Shown here one piece after another: positions 20,930 through 32,203 of a DNA stretch of 64,000 bases. Positions within the stretch are counted from its first letter, which is position 1; each line of letters starts with the position of its first letter. Under the pieces are notes generated by a model, which was given only the letters and a program-made list of their open reading frames with translations, did no database searches and was not told the origin of the DNA. The DNA is from an uncultured Clostridia bacterium (GTDB lineage Bacteria > Bacillota > Clostridia > TANB77 > CAG-508): contig CANQVU010000001.1 in assembly GCA_947627415.1 (NCBI GenBank), forward strand, positions 28,369 through 92,368, given 5' to 3'. The translations under genes were made by a program, and so were the position numbers.

Positions 20930-21289
20930 ATGAAAATTTCATTGAAATTTATTATATCTATATTCCTAATTTTGCTACTGCTAACTACATGTGTGAATGC
21001 AGCTAATATAAATATGAATTTAATAGCTAATGATATTTCTAATTCAACTGAAAACACATCAAATGAATTTGATTTGAATGAAAATGCAATTTCTAATGAT
21101 GTTTCTAATAATATTGATTCCTCTGCTACAGAAACCTCTAATTCAGTAAGTAATCCAAGAGTATCTTCTACTACTGTTTCTGAAGATAATAATTTTTTGA
21201 CTGCAGAAAACATATTATCAGTAATGATAATAGTTATTGGCATACTTCTAATTTTCTTAGCAATAGCAATTTTAGTAAGATTTAAATAA
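20930..21289 (+). CDS. secreted low-complexity protein with C-terminal TM anchor
   Basis: 119 aa preceded by RBS aaggagg. It has a signal peptide ending VNA-AN, an Asn/Ser-rich middle and a C-terminal TM helix. The overlapping antisense ORF 20857-21243 is rejected. Confidence 0.55.
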   Translation: MKISLKFIISIFLILLLLTTCVNAANINMNLIANDISNSTENTSNEFDLNENAISNDVSNNIDSSATETSNSVSNPRVSSTTVSEDNNFLTAENILSVMIIVIGILLIFLAIAILVRFK

Positions 21290-21297
21290 TCTGTTTT

Positions 21298-21336
21298 AAC
21301 AACTTTTGCATAAAATTTACAAAAGTTGTTTTTTTA
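21298..21336 (+). terminator. rho-independent terminator
   Basis: aacaacttttg / caaaagttgtt stem followed by ttttt. Confidence 0.85.
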
Positions 21337-21404
21337 TGAATATTTTTTAATAAATTATAAATAATATAAATAGATTTTTAAACATAAAATTTAGGAGGTT
21401 AAAT

Positions 21405-21818
21405 ATGAAAAGAAAATCTTTTATATTATTATTAATATCATTTCTTATCTTATCAATCAGTAGTATTTGCTTTGCAACTGATACTGCTAATAATATTAAA
21501 AATACTGTAAATGATGCAACTAATGCCGTGGTAGATGGTGCTCAAAATCTTGCTGAAGATGTAAGAAATGGTGTCGGTGCAGCAGAAAATGCAATTGAGG
21601 ATGGAGCAGAAGATATAGGAAATGCTGTTATGGACGGAGCTAACTCTATTGAAAATATAGGAAATGATACTTATAATGCAACTGTTAGTGAAGCAGAAGA
21701 TTTATCAAACACAAACAATATGAATACTACAACATGGACCTGGGTTGCAGTTGCAATAGCTGCAGTCGTAATAATTGCAGTTGTATGTTATTACGCATCT
21801 CAAAATAATAAACATTAA
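21405..21818 (+). CDS. secreted Ala/Asn/Asp-rich protein with C-terminal TM anchor
   Basis: 137 aa preceded by RBS aggaggt. It has a signal peptide, repetitive NAVxDGA segments and a C-terminal TM helix. Confidence 0.55.
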   Translation: MKRKSFILLLISFLILSISSICFATDTANNIKNTVNDATNAVVDGAQNLAEDVRNGVGAAENAIEDGAEDIGNAVMDGANSIENIGNDTYNATVSEAEDLSNTNNMNTTTWTWVAVAIAAVVIIAVVCYYASQNNKH

Positions 21819-21842
21819 TAAAAGTAGTTTTAAGTCAAAAAA

Positions 21843-21881
21843 ATAGAAAGTATACCTAAAATTATGCTTTCTATTTTTTTT
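21843..21881 (+). terminator. rho-independent terminator
   Basis: atagaaag / ctttctat stem followed by ttttttt. Confidence 0.8.
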
Positions 21882-21923
21882 ATATTATGATATAATTTTA
21901 TATATTTTAAGAAAGAGGTCAAT

Positions 21924-22370
21924 TTGCACATGTCTAAAATAATTTCAAAAAATCCAACAGCAAGACATAATTACACAATAGAAGATACACTTGAAGTAGG
22001 AATAGTTTTATCTGGAACAGAAATTAAATCTGTTAGAAATGGTAAAGCCAATTTAAAAGATAGTTATGCTAGTATAAAAAATGGAGAGTTATACATATAT
22101 AATTTACATATAAGTCCATATGAATTTGGAAATATCTATAATAAGGATCCATTAAGAGATAGAAAATTATTAGTAAATAAAAGAGAAATAAATAAATTGG
22201 TCGGTTTAATAAAGCAAAAAGGATATTCCCTCGTACCACTTTCTATGTATTTCAAGGGCAATTTTGTTAAAGTAGAATTAGGTATTGGTAAAGGTAAAAA
22301 GTTATATGATAAAAGACGCGATATAGCAAAAAAAGATGCTGAAATGAAAATGAGGAGAGCAAAAATCTAG
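21924..22370 (+). CDS. smpB: SsrA-binding protein SmpB
   Basis: [27 protein letters not shown] is the classic SmpB N-terminus. The start may be the ATG at 21930. Confidence 0.93.
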   Translation: MHMSKIISKNPTARHNYTIEDTLEVGIVLSGTEIKSVRNGKANLKDSYASIKNGELYIYNLHISPYEFGNIYNKDPLRDRKLLVNKREINKLVGLIKQKGYSLVPLSMYFKGNFVKVELGIGKGKKLYDKRRDIAKKDAEMKMRRAKI

Positions 22371-22386
22371 CCCTCCTCTACTTTAT

Positions 22387-23328
<942 letters not shown>

Positions 23329-23407
23329 TTATATTTTATAACCATATTCTATTTCTTAAAATTTAACTTGTCAATAACTTAAAAAAATTATTTATATTTA
23401 TAATATA

Positions 23408-23439
23408 ATAGAGAAGTAAAATACAATTTACTTCTCTAT
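23408..23439. terminator. bidirectional hairpin
   Basis: atagagaagtaaa / tttacttctctat 13-bp stem. Confidence 0.65.
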
Positions 23440-23449
23440 TATATATTAA

Positions 23450-23632
23450 TTATTGATTTTCGTCTTCGTAGCTACATCTGTAACTTCCGCACATAGATTC
23501 GTCTTCTGGATTACCGTTATTGCAATTTGTACATGGCCTTACAATAATATCTTCTAACTCACATTTTTGTGTTTTATCATTGTTAAATGCACAACTACCA
23601 ACAGTACAATTAATTAATTGTTTACCTTCCAT
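23450..23632 (-). CDS. DUF1540 domain-containing protein
   Basis: 60 aa, Cys-rich, with the CTVGSCAFNN...C pattern typical of DUF1540. Confidence 0.7.
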   Translation of the reverse strand: MEGKQLINCTVGSCAFNNDKTQKCELEDIIVRPCTNCNNGNPEDESMCGSYRCSYEDENQ

Positions 23633-23733
23633 TTTAAACCTCCTTTAAAATCAATATATTAATATTATTTGCAAAATTGTCTAAAATATTAATATAAAGT
23701 AATTTAAAAGAAGGTTCAATTTTTTTGTAAATT

Positions 23734-24435
23734 TTATTCTAATTTCTTTTTTTCATTTTCTTCTATACATTCTTTTGGTGGGTTCTTAAAACTCAAATAC
23801 CAATTCATTCCGTTTTTATTTTTTTCAATTTCTTCATTTCTTTCTAGCAAACCTTCAAAGGTTTTTGGTGCTGGAACTATTACTGGCTGATTTGGTATCC
23901 AATTTGCTGGAGTTGAGCCTTTAGTGCATTCCGCCATTTGCAAAGCCTCTACAATTCTTATTATTTCAGAAATGAATCTTCCTATATTTAATGGATATAT
24001 TAAAATCGTTCTTATAATTCCTTTATCATCAATTATAAAAACGTTTCTAACTGTTTCTGTGTTGCTTATATCATTTGCTATCATTCCATATTTTCTTGCT
24101 ATTTCCCCATTTCTGTCCGCTATAATTGGGAATGATACCTTAATTCCAGTTTTACAATAAATATCATAAATCCATGCTAGATGTGAACTATTACTATCTA
24201 CACTTAATCCTAAAAGTTCTGTGTTTAAATTTTTAAAATATGTATGTGCTTTTGTAAATGCTATCATTTCTGTTGTACATACTGGGGTAAAGTCTCCAGG
24301 ATGAGAAAACAATATTAGCCATTTTCCTTTATAGTCAGACAATTTTATATCTCCCATTGTTGTAATAGCTTCAAATTCAGGTGCAAATTCTCCAATCTTC
24401 ACATTCCCATTCATCATTATTTCATAGTTATTCAT
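23734..24435 (-). CDS. peroxiredoxin (Prx6-like / 1-Cys type)
   Basis: FSHPGDFTPVCTTE active site. The start MNNYEIMMNG follows RBS ggaggtttg. The longer track ORF is an upstream extension. Confidence 0.88.
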   Translation of the reverse strand: MNNYEIMMNGNVKIGEFAPEFEAITTMGDIKLSDYKGKWLILFSHPGDFTPVCTTEMIAFTKAHTYFKNLNTELLGLSVDSNSSHLAWIYDIYCKTGIKVSFPIIADRNGEIARKYGMIANDISNTETVRNVFIIDDKGIIRTILIYPLNIGRFISEIIRIVEALQMAECTKGSTPANWIPNQPVIVPAPKTFEGLLERNEEIEKNKNGMNWYLSFKNPPKECIEENEKKKLE

Positions 24436-24501
24436 AAAACAAACCTCCAAATAGTTTTTATTTATATTATGTGAAAATTTAACTTTTGTTTCCAATATTA
24501 T

Positions 24502-24536
24502 AAAAAACTAAAGGAGCAATCTGTAAATGCTCCTTT
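24502..24536 (-). terminator. rho-independent terminator
   Basis: aaaggagca / tgctccttt stem with a U run on the minus transcript. Confidence 0.7.
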
Positions 24537-24671
24537 AATTATATAATAGTAAAATTCTTTAAGATTCTGTTATATAAAAATATTATAATTGCTATTGTCT
24601 TTGAGATTTGTTAGTTTTTCTCGCAATTTCAAATTAGCAAGTACAAAGGACGATTTAATGTTTTTGTTCTA

Positions 24672-25733
24672 TTATTCTGCTGCACTTGCATTTGTATTTG
24701 TATCTGTCGATGAATTTACTTGTTCACAATACTTATCATATTCTTCTTTTAAATCTTTATTGCTAAATTTCAATTTTTTATCTTCTCTTAATTTTATTAA
24801 TGCCTTATATCTTATATACTGATCTTCAGATTCTAAATTTTTCCCTAATACTTCTACTATATCATTTTCTACATCTTCTAATGTTGGCTTATCAGCTTTA
24901 TTTATGCAATAAATTATATGATATCCATAATCTGTTTTAACAGCTTTTGTAGTATATTTATCTTTTTCTAGTTTTTTACTTGCTTCAACATAAGCTTCTG
25001 CTAATGAATCCTCCGTAAAATTATCAAAATCAACATTTTCTGTTGTTACTTTGTCTTTATATTCATCTGCTACATCATCAAAATTAGCTCCATTTTTTAA
25101 TTTTACCAAAATTTCATTTGCAGTAGCTAAAGCCTGTTCTTCCGTTACAGTATCTGATGTTTTAACTAATATATGCTTTGTATTAATTTCACCATAAACA
25201 TTATCATTATAGTAATTGTTAATATCTTCTTCAGGTATTAATGTTTTAAAATAGTCTATACAGTATAAATTTCTTTTATAATCCAATTCCATATATTCTA
25301 TAAATTCATCTTTAGTTTTAAATCCATTTTCTTCCAAAAAGTTTTCTTCTGTATAACCGTAATATGTTTCATACATATTTAAAATTGAATTTGCTTCTTC
25401 GTTTATTTCTTGCTTTTGTTCATCAGTTAGTTTGTACATATCGTTTAAAATTTCTTTATCTGCTAATTCTAATACATAACTGATTGGAAAATATTTTTCC
25501 ATTTCATTATAAATTTCATTACTTGTTATTCTTCCACCTTTAAAAGTCATAATTGTTTCATGTCCAAGACCAGGAATTCCTAATATTCCTAATAAATAAA
25601 TTATTGCTGCTCCTAAGACTAAGCCTATTATTACAGAAATCCAAATTTCTTTTTTCTTAAAAAAATTAATTTTCTTCTCTTTTTGTGTCCCATTTTTTTT
25701 GTTACTTTCTTCTTTTAAATCTTTTTCTTCCAT
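24672..25733 (-). CDS. prsA: parvulin-type peptidylprolyl isomerase (PrsA/SurA-like foldase)
   Basis: 353 aa with a TM anchor. The parvulin core is INTKHILVKT...GANFDDVADEY...DYGYHIIYC. Confidence 0.75.
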   Translation of the reverse strand: MEEKDLKEESNKKNGTQKEKKINFFKKKEIWISVIIGLVLGAAIIYLLGILGIPGLGHETIMTFKGGRITSNEIYNEMEKYFPISYVLELADKEILNDMYKLTDEQKQEINEEANSILNMYETYYGYTEENFLEENGFKTKDEFIEYMELDYKRNLYCIDYFKTLIPEEDINNYYNDNVYGEINTKHILVKTSDTVTEEQALATANEILVKLKNGANFDDVADEYKDKVTTENVDFDNFTEDSLAEAYVEASKKLEKDKYTTKAVKTDYGYHIIYCINKADKPTLEDVENDIVEVLGKNLESEDQYIRYKALIKLREDKKLKFSNKDLKEEYDKYCEQVNSSTDTNTNASAAE

Positions 25734-25844
25734 TACACACGCTCCTCAAATTTTACTATTTAAATATTTTATATATAGTTTATTAAAATAAAATTAAAAA
25801 ATCAATACTTTTAAGAATAATTATAAAAATTTTATTATAACTTA

Positions 25845-27048
25845 TCACTTAAATTTAATATTTTTTTCAATTCCTAGTTTGGCTGCTCTAGTAATAGTTG
25901 AATATCCATATTTTTCTTTTAAATTATCTATTGTTTTATCAAGCCTTTCTTGTTTGTTTTTATTTTCTATATCAAATAGAGATATTTGCATTTCATTCCT
26001 ATTTACTAATTTATCTACCCTTAATGATATTAACCTAATTGGCTCTCCTTTATACATTGCCTTTAATAATTCTTTTGCTTTTGAGTATATGTCTTTAGTA
26101 TTTGATGTCGCTAAATCTATTTTTTCTTGATGTGAAAAGTCCCTGAAATCCTTTGTTCTTAAGCCCACATTTACTACGCTCGCAAGCATATTGTATTTTC
26201 TTAATCTATAAGCTACATGTTCTGCTAATGCCAAAAGTACCTCATTTAGTAACTCTATGTTATCAATATCTTTTGCAAGAGTTGTTGAATTTCCTATACT
26301 TTTAGGTTCCTCATACTTATATATTACCTCAGATTTATCTATGCCATTTGCATATTCCCACATCATTTTGCCGATGTTTTCCAAACTTATTTGTGAGTTG
26401 GTTTATATCAGTTTTAGCTAAATCTCCTATTGTTTTTATCTTCATGTTATACAACTTAGGAACACTTTTTCTTCCAAGCATAAATAAATTTTTAATAGGT
26501 AATGGCCACATCTTTTCTTTTATTTCGTCTAAAAATAATGTATGTATCTTATTTGGCTTTTCAAAATCTGAAGCCATTTTAGCAAGCAATTTATTTGAAC
26601 TTAGACCAATATTTACAGTAAAGCCTAATTCCTCGTTAACTCTTTTTCTGATTTCTTCTGCTTTATCCATTAATGTAGATTTCATTAAATATTCCGTCAT
26701 ATCTAAGAAGCATTCATCTATTGAATATCTCTCTATTCTATCTGTATAATTTAATAATAAATTGTATAGTTTATCAGAATATTCTCTATATATATTATAA
26801 TCTCCATGAAATATTTTTATACTTGGACATTTCTTTTTAGCTTGATAAATAGTTTCTCCTGTAATTATTCCAAACTGTTTTGCAAGGTTACTTTTTGCAA
26901 GTACAATACCTGCTCTTTTAGATTCATCTCCACCAATTATTGAAGGTATTTCTCTTATATCAATTTCTTCTCCATTTTTTAACCTCCATATTGCATACCA
27001 AGATAAAAATGCATTGTTAACATCTATGTGAATGATTTTTCTTTCCAT
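25845..27048 (-). pseudogene. dinB: Y-family DNA polymerase IV, frame broken once
   Basis: Starts MERKIIHIDVNNAFLS. The fragments join as ...QLTNKFGKH|GKMMWEYANGID... at 26373 (coding CAT-C-GGC). Confidence 0.85.
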
Positions 27049-27131
27049 TGTATCACCATATTTATTATAGAACATTTGTTTTTTATTGTCAATTATATAT
27101 TGGTCATTATCTAAGTGCCAAATGATTTCTA

Positions 27132-27193
27132 TAAAAAAAGAGAGAAATTTAAATTTAATTGTTAAAAATTCAATTTAAATTTCTCTCTTTTTT
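27132..27193. terminator. long bidirectional terminator hairpin
   Basis: aagagagaaatttaaatt / aatttaaatttctctctt 18-bp stem flanked by A7 and T5 runs. Confidence 0.8.
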
Positions 27194-27723
27194 TATTTAT
27201 ATAAATTATTTTTCATTATATATTCATATACTTCTTTTGGTATATATCTTATTACTTTTTTATCGTTATTTTTTATCATATTTCTTATTTGAGTAGATGA
27301 AATTTCATTTTCATCTCTAGCAACAATAATATAATTATAGTTATCTTTTATCTCACTGTAATTTTTCCATGTTGGCATTTTATCATAATTGTCAGATCCC
27401 ATTATCATAAATATGTCCTTTTTGCAACATTTTGTTGCATGGAAGCTGTCTCCAATGAGTTTAAAAGCATCTACAGCAAATAGTTCTTTATTTTCTTTTA
27501 TTTCAACATCATCGACCTCTAAATTTTCTTGTTTTTTTGTAATTAGCTTTAGCATATTGTACCTATGCTTTGCTTCTACTAGGTCTTTCTTTTTGTAATA
27601 ATCATTAACTGGAATAAATACTACTTTATCTACTTTTCCTTGCTTTATTAAATTTCTTGCAATATTTATATGTACATATGTAGGTGGATTAAAACATCCT
27701 CCAAAGAATCCCACTTTTTCCAT
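27193..27723 (-). CDS. nadD: nicotinate-nucleotide adenylyltransferase
   Basis: 176 aa with a GFFGGCFNPPTYVHINIA nucleotidyltransferase (H/T)xGH-like motif and the C-terminal ISSTQIRN. Confidence 0.75.
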   Translation of the reverse strand: MEKVGFFGGCFNPPTYVHINIARNLIKQGKVDKVVFIPVNDYYKKKDLVEAKHRYNMLKLITKKQENLEVDDVEIKENKELFAVDAFKLIGDSFHATKCCKKDIFMIMGSDNYDKMPTWKNYSEIKDNYNYIIVARDENEISSTQIRNMIKNNDKKVIRYIPKEVYEYIMKNNLYK

Positions 27724-27765
27724 AATTTTTTCCTCTTTAAATAAAAGGGGTAAATTTCCCCCTTG

Positions 27766-28437
27766 TTATATAATATTTTTAATTTGATTATATATATCTT
27801 CATGTATTTCGTCTATTGTCCTTATTTTATTTTCTTTTACGCATTCTATTTTTATCCAATTATACTTATCGGCAACCTCACATGCAGCATTATAACTATC
27901 TATAATATGATTTTTATCTCTTTCATGAATGTCTTTTTTAGCCCCATGTGTAAATTTATTTTCTCTATTTTCCATTAACTTAAAAGCATATTCTGGTGGC
28001 ATGTTCAAGAAAAATACTTTAGTTGGTATTGGTAATTTATATATGTTAAATTCAAAATCCCATAACCAATCTAAAAATTTCTCTCTTTCTTTTTTATTAT
28101 ATATTTTTCCTGCTTGATGAACCATATTTGCTGTTGTATATCTGTCAGCAAGTACTATTCCTCCATCATTATAGTATTCTTCTAATTCTTTTTTAAATGT
28201 TGCAAATCTATCGACAGCATAAAATGTTGAGGCAATATATGGACTTACATCTTTTGCATTTTCTCCAAATTCTCCTGACAAATACATTTTTACAAGTGAA
28301 GATGATGGACTATCATAATTAGGAAAAGATATTACCTTATAATCTACATTTTCTTTTTTTAATCTTTCTTGTAATTTCTCAAATTGTGTTTGTTTACCAC
28401 TTGCATCTGTTCCATCTATTACAAATAATTTTCCCAT
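27766..28437 (-). CDS. tmk: thymidylate kinase family protein
   Basis: 223 aa with P-loop FVIDGTDASGKQTQ, FPNYDSP and DRY motifs. Confidence 0.65.
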   Translation of the reverse strand: MGKLFVIDGTDASGKQTQFEKLQERLKKENVDYKVISFPNYDSPSSSLVKMYLSGEFGENAKDVSPYIASTFYAVDRFATFKKELEEYYNDGGIVLADRYTTANMVHQAGKIYNKKEREKFLDWLWDFEFNIYKLPIPTKVFFLNMPPEYAFKLMENRENKFTHGAKKDIHERDKNHIIDSYNAACEVADKYNWIKIECVKENKIRTIDEIHEDIYNQIKNII

Positions 28438-28467
28438 TTGTTTCTCCTTAGATTATATCTTGAACAA

Positions 28468-30054
28468 TTAAATTCTATTAAATAATGGTTCAATATTTTT
28501 TAAATTTATATTTTCTTCTATATTAGTCATCTTCCATGATGGAGTTTTTAAATTTAAATATGTTCTAATTTTTTCACAAGCCATTGGCATAAATGGTTCA
28601 AATAAGTTCGATAAGTTAGCTATTATAACACTACATGTATATATTGTATCATTAAATCCTTGTATATCCTCTTTCTTTTGAATCCATGGCTGCCTTTCAT
28701 CATAATATTTATTAGCATATTCTACAAGTTCCATTACTCGATCTGTTGCATTTTTAAATTCTAAATTCTCTATTAAAGTTCCTACTTCTTTATATGCTTT
28801 TTCTATTTCTAGTTTTGCTTTTTCATCTAATTTTCCATTTGGTAATACTTCTAATCCCTTAAATCTTAAAGTTCTATTTACTAAATTACCAAATTTATTT
28901 AATATTTCATTGTTATGAGTTCTTTCAAAATCTTCTAGTGTAAAGTTAGTATCCTTTTTTTCTGGTCCATTATTTATTATATGAAATCTTAATGAATCAG
29001 AATTATATTTTTCAAGCATTTCAAGAGCTGTTATTCCATTTCCCTTACTTTTTGATATTTTTTCATCATTTATATTTAAATATTCTGTAGAAACTATAAT
29101 ATCAACTAATTTAAAATTATCTTCTAATCCGGCTAAAAGTCCATTAAATATTATACTATGAAAAACTATATTATCTTTTCCATGGCACATATATATTCTA
29201 TTATCATATCCATTTTTCCAATACTCTTCCCATTTGAATCCATTTTCTTCAGCTAGTTTCATTGTATCTGTGAGATATCCAAGAACTGCATCTACCCATA
29301 CATACATTCTTTTTGTTTCATATCCTGGAATAGGAATTTCTATACCCCAATCTAAATCACGTGTTACAGCCCTGTCCTTTAATCCTTGTTTTAAATATTT
29401 TTCAGTTTCATTTCTAGCATTTATTCTCCAAAAATTTTTGCATTTATCTGTATTTGACTGAATTATATCTTGAAACTTAGATAATGCAAAATATAAATTT
29501 TTATTATCTTTTTCTATTGTTTTACTACCACAATTCAAACAAATTCCATCCTTTAAATCTTCTATTGATGGAGTATGTCCACAAGCTTCACATTGATCTG
29601 CCTTTGTTATTTCTCCACATTCTGGGCATTTTATTTGAATTTCTCTATCTTGTAAAAATTTATTACATTTTTCACAATATGCCTGAGGTTCTATTTTTTC
29701 ATATATATATCCATTATCATACAACCTTTTAAAAACTTCTTGTACTTTTTTTGCATGATATTCTGTTTCTGTTTTTGAATATAAATCATACGAAAAATTC
29801 ATTGCATTAAATGTCTTTATAAATTCTTCATGATATTGTTCTGCAATCTCTTTTGCAGTTCTGTTTTCCTTTTTTGCTCTTTCTGTTATTGGTGTACCAT
29901 GGCAATCTGTTCCTGATACATAAAGTACATTATCACCTTTTAGTCTATGGTAACGGGCTAAAACATCTCCTGATATTAATCCTGCTAAATGTCCCAAGTG
30001 TAATGAATTATTTGCATAAGGCCATGCTCCCCCTATTAAAATATTTTTGCTCAT
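28468..30054 (-). CDS. metG: methionine--tRNA ligase
   Basis: 528 aa with the HIGH variant ANNSLHLGHL, Zn-knuckle cysteines and KISKSKGN (KMSKS). Confidence 0.95.
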   Translation of the reverse strand: MSKNILIGGAWPYANNSLHLGHLAGLISGDVLARYHRLKGDNVLYVSGTDCHGTPITERAKKENRTAKEIAEQYHEEFIKTFNAMNFSYDLYSKTETEYHAKKVQEVFKRLYDNGYIYEKIEPQAYCEKCNKFLQDREIQIKCPECGEITKADQCEACGHTPSIEDLKDGICLNCGSKTIEKDNKNLYFALSKFQDIIQSNTDKCKNFWRINARNETEKYLKQGLKDRAVTRDLDWGIEIPIPGYETKRMYVWVDAVLGYLTDTMKLAEENGFKWEEYWKNGYDNRIYMCHGKDNIVFHSIIFNGLLAGLEDNFKLVDIIVSTEYLNINDEKISKSKGNGITALEMLEKYNSDSLRFHIINNGPEKKDTNFTLEDFERTHNNEILNKFGNLVNRTLRFKGLEVLPNGKLDEKAKLEIEKAYKEVGTLIENLEFKNATDRVMELVEYANKYYDERQPWIQKKEDIQGFNDTIYTCSVIIANLSNLFEPFMPMACEKIRTYLNLKTPSWKMTNIEENINLKNIEPLFNRI

Positions 30055-30114
30055 TAAATATACTCTCCTTTATAAATCAATAATTTTGACTTTAAAATTT
30101 TATCATAATCATGT

Positions 30115-30153
30115 TAAAATAGCAAGTTCTGTAAGATAAAACTTGCTATTTTT
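30115..30153 (-). terminator. rho-independent terminator
   Basis: atagcaagtt / aacttgctat stem with flanking runs. Confidence 0.65.
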
Positions 30154-30173
30154 ATAACTGCTTTAGGGTTATT

Positions 30174-30515
30174 TTATACTTGTTTCCAAAACCAATCTAA
30201 ACTATTATCAATGCTTTTCTTTTTATAAAATTTACATGCTATATCATCTACCCATAGATAACCAAAAAATGTTACAAATATCATTATCAAATCTACTGTT
30301 ATGCATCCTAATAAAGTTGAACGATATTCTTCATAATTTATCTCTGGTATAGTTGCGAGTTGTACGCTATGCAATAAAATTAATATCAAAAAGAATATTA
30401 ATGGTAATGCTGGTGCATGAGGTTTCTTTATTTCCTTTCCTAAAAATATTAATAGTACTGTAGCTGTAAGTAGTAATACTAATGTTAATGGGTTTGTTAC
30501 ATCAACAATAAACAT
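30174..30515 (-). CDS. small integral membrane protein (113 aa)
   Basis: Three predicted TM helices; no family recognised. Confidence 0.55.
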   Translation of the reverse strand: MFIVDVTNPLTLVLLLTATVLLIFLGKEIKKPHAPALPLIFFLILILLHSVQLATIPEINYEEYRSTLLGCITVDLIMIFVTFFGYLWVDDIACKFYKKKSIDNSLDWFWKQV

Positions 30516-30563
30516 TTTAATTCCTCCTTTGTATATTATTTATATTTTTAATATCATTGTGTA

Positions 30564-31928
30564 CTAATTTAGTTTTTTTTCTATAAGTTCTTTTAAGTCT
30601 TTAGCTTTTTTATTTATCGTATTTATATCTTTTCCTTCTATCATTATCCTAATTAAAGGTTCAGTTCCAGATGGTCTTATTATTACTCGTCCTTCGTTTG
30701 AAAATCCTTCTTTAACTTTTTTTACCATGTTTTTTATATCTTCATCATTCTCATATTCATTCTTTTTACTTGAATCTACTTTTGCATTTATCAAGACTTG
30801 CGGATATGTTTTTATTATATCACAAAGTTTAGATGTTGGAATATTTTTTTCCAATAATATTTGTATTAGCATTAAAGAAGTTAATATTCCATCTCCAGTT
30901 GGATTATAGTCAAGCATTATTATATGTCCTGATTGTTCTCCTCCTAAATTATATCCATTCTTTAACATTTCTTCTAATACATATCTATCACCAACTTTTG
31001 TTTGCTTTAGATTTAATTTATTTTCATCAGCAAATTTATTTAATCCTAAATTACTCATAATTGTTGCTACTAAAGTATTTTTGTTTAACTTTCCTTTTTC
31101 TTTTAAATATTTTGAAAATACTGCAAGTAGCATATCCCCATCAATTTCATTTCCTTTTTCATCTATTGCAAGGCATCTGTCGCCATCTCCATCATATGCA
31201 ATTCCTAAACTTAGTTTATTATCTATAACAAATTTCTTTAATTCTTCTAAATGCGTTGATCCACAGTTCTCATTTATATTTATCCCATTTGGATTATTAT
31301 TTATTATTTTATAGTTTATTCCTAATTTTTTATATATTTCTTCTGCTACTTTATATGTTGCACCATTTGCTACATCCAATCCCACTATAAAATCTTTTTT
31401 CATATGTTTTTCTATATTATCTTCGAATATTTTTCTAAATAAGAAAATATATTCATCCTTTAAATACGTTCCGTCTTCAGATACACCTATTTTATTATGT
31501 ACTGCATTTAATTCATCTATTCTTTCAGAATCCATGATTTCTTCTATTTCTTTTTCTATATCATCAGATATCTTCATACCTTTATTACTAAAATATTTTA
31601 CTCCATTAAATTCAAAAGTATTATGTGATGCAGATATGACAACACTTGCATCTGCTTTAAGTTTTTTAGTTAAATATGCTACTGCTGGTGTTGGCATTAC
31701 TCCTAGAAGTTTTACATTTGCGCCGTAGCTTAAAAAGCCAGCAGTCATAGCGCTTTCTATTAATGTTCCTGAAAGTCTTGTATCTCTACCTATTAAAATA
31801 GTTGGTGCGTGATCTGAATGCTTTGCTAAAACATATGCGCCTGCTTTTGCAACTTTATATACTAATTTTGGTGTTAATTCTGTATTAGCAATTCTTCTAA
31901 TACCATCTGTCCCGAAATACTTTCTCAA
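30564..31928 (-). CDS. glmM: phosphoglucosamine mutase
   Basis: Starts MRKYFGTDGIRRIAN, has active-site SASHN, and carries GDGDR and GEQSGH motifs. Confidence 0.95.
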   Translation of the reverse strand: MRKYFGTDGIRRIANTELTPKLVYKVAKAGAYVLAKHSDHAPTILIGRDTRLSGTLIESAMTAGFLSYGANVKLLGVMPTPAVAYLTKKLKADASVVISASHNTFEFNGVKYFSNKGMKISDDIEKEIEEIMDSERIDELNAVHNKIGVSEDGTYLKDEYIFLFRKIFEDNIEKHMKKDFIVGLDVANGATYKVAEEIYKKLGINYKIINNNPNGININENCGSTHLEELKKFVIDNKLSLGIAYDGDGDRCLAIDEKGNEIDGDMLLAVFSKYLKEKGKLNKNTLVATIMSNLGLNKFADENKLNLKQTKVGDRYVLEEMLKNGYNLGGEQSGHIIMLDYNPTGDGILTSLMLIQILLEKNIPTSKLCDIIKTYPQVLINAKVDSSKKNEYENDEDIKNMVKKVKEGFSNEGRVIIRPSGTEPLIRIMIEGKDINTINKKAKDLKELIEKKLN

Positions 31929-32155
31929 AACAATTTCCTCCTACATGGTTATTTATATTATATATTGTTTTATTGTAAATTTGCAATACATTTTTATTAT
32001 TTATTTTCACTTTATAACTATCTTAATGCGTTAAGAGTTCTCTTTAATAAAATAATTTTAAATATCATAGGAATAATACATTTAAAAAATTTACTAGCTT
32101 TTTTAATTTTATAATAATTGTATTCTTAGATATGTTTATTTATTCTATATTAATT

Positions 32156-32188
32156 ACAAAAATAGAGGACTTTTCTTAAATCCTCTAT
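32156..32188 (-). terminator. rho-independent terminator
   Basis: atagagga / tcctctat stem followed by a U run on the minus transcript. Confidence 0.75.
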
Positions 32189-32203
32189 TTAATATTCGAT
32201 GAT

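Noticed and set aside
22371-22386. A tmRNA (ssrA) gene expected downstream of smpB.
   Set aside because: Only 16 nt separate smpB from the convergent fba gene, and no tRNA-like or GC-rich structured segment is present.
30055-30173. T-box leaders upstream of metG, and likewise upstream of argS and cysE.
   Set aside because: The metG upstream region is only about 120 nt and is largely a terminator of the preceding gene. argS starts 10 nt after pfkA. The cysE upstream region is occupied by repeat copy 3. No specifier loop or T-box sequence was seen.
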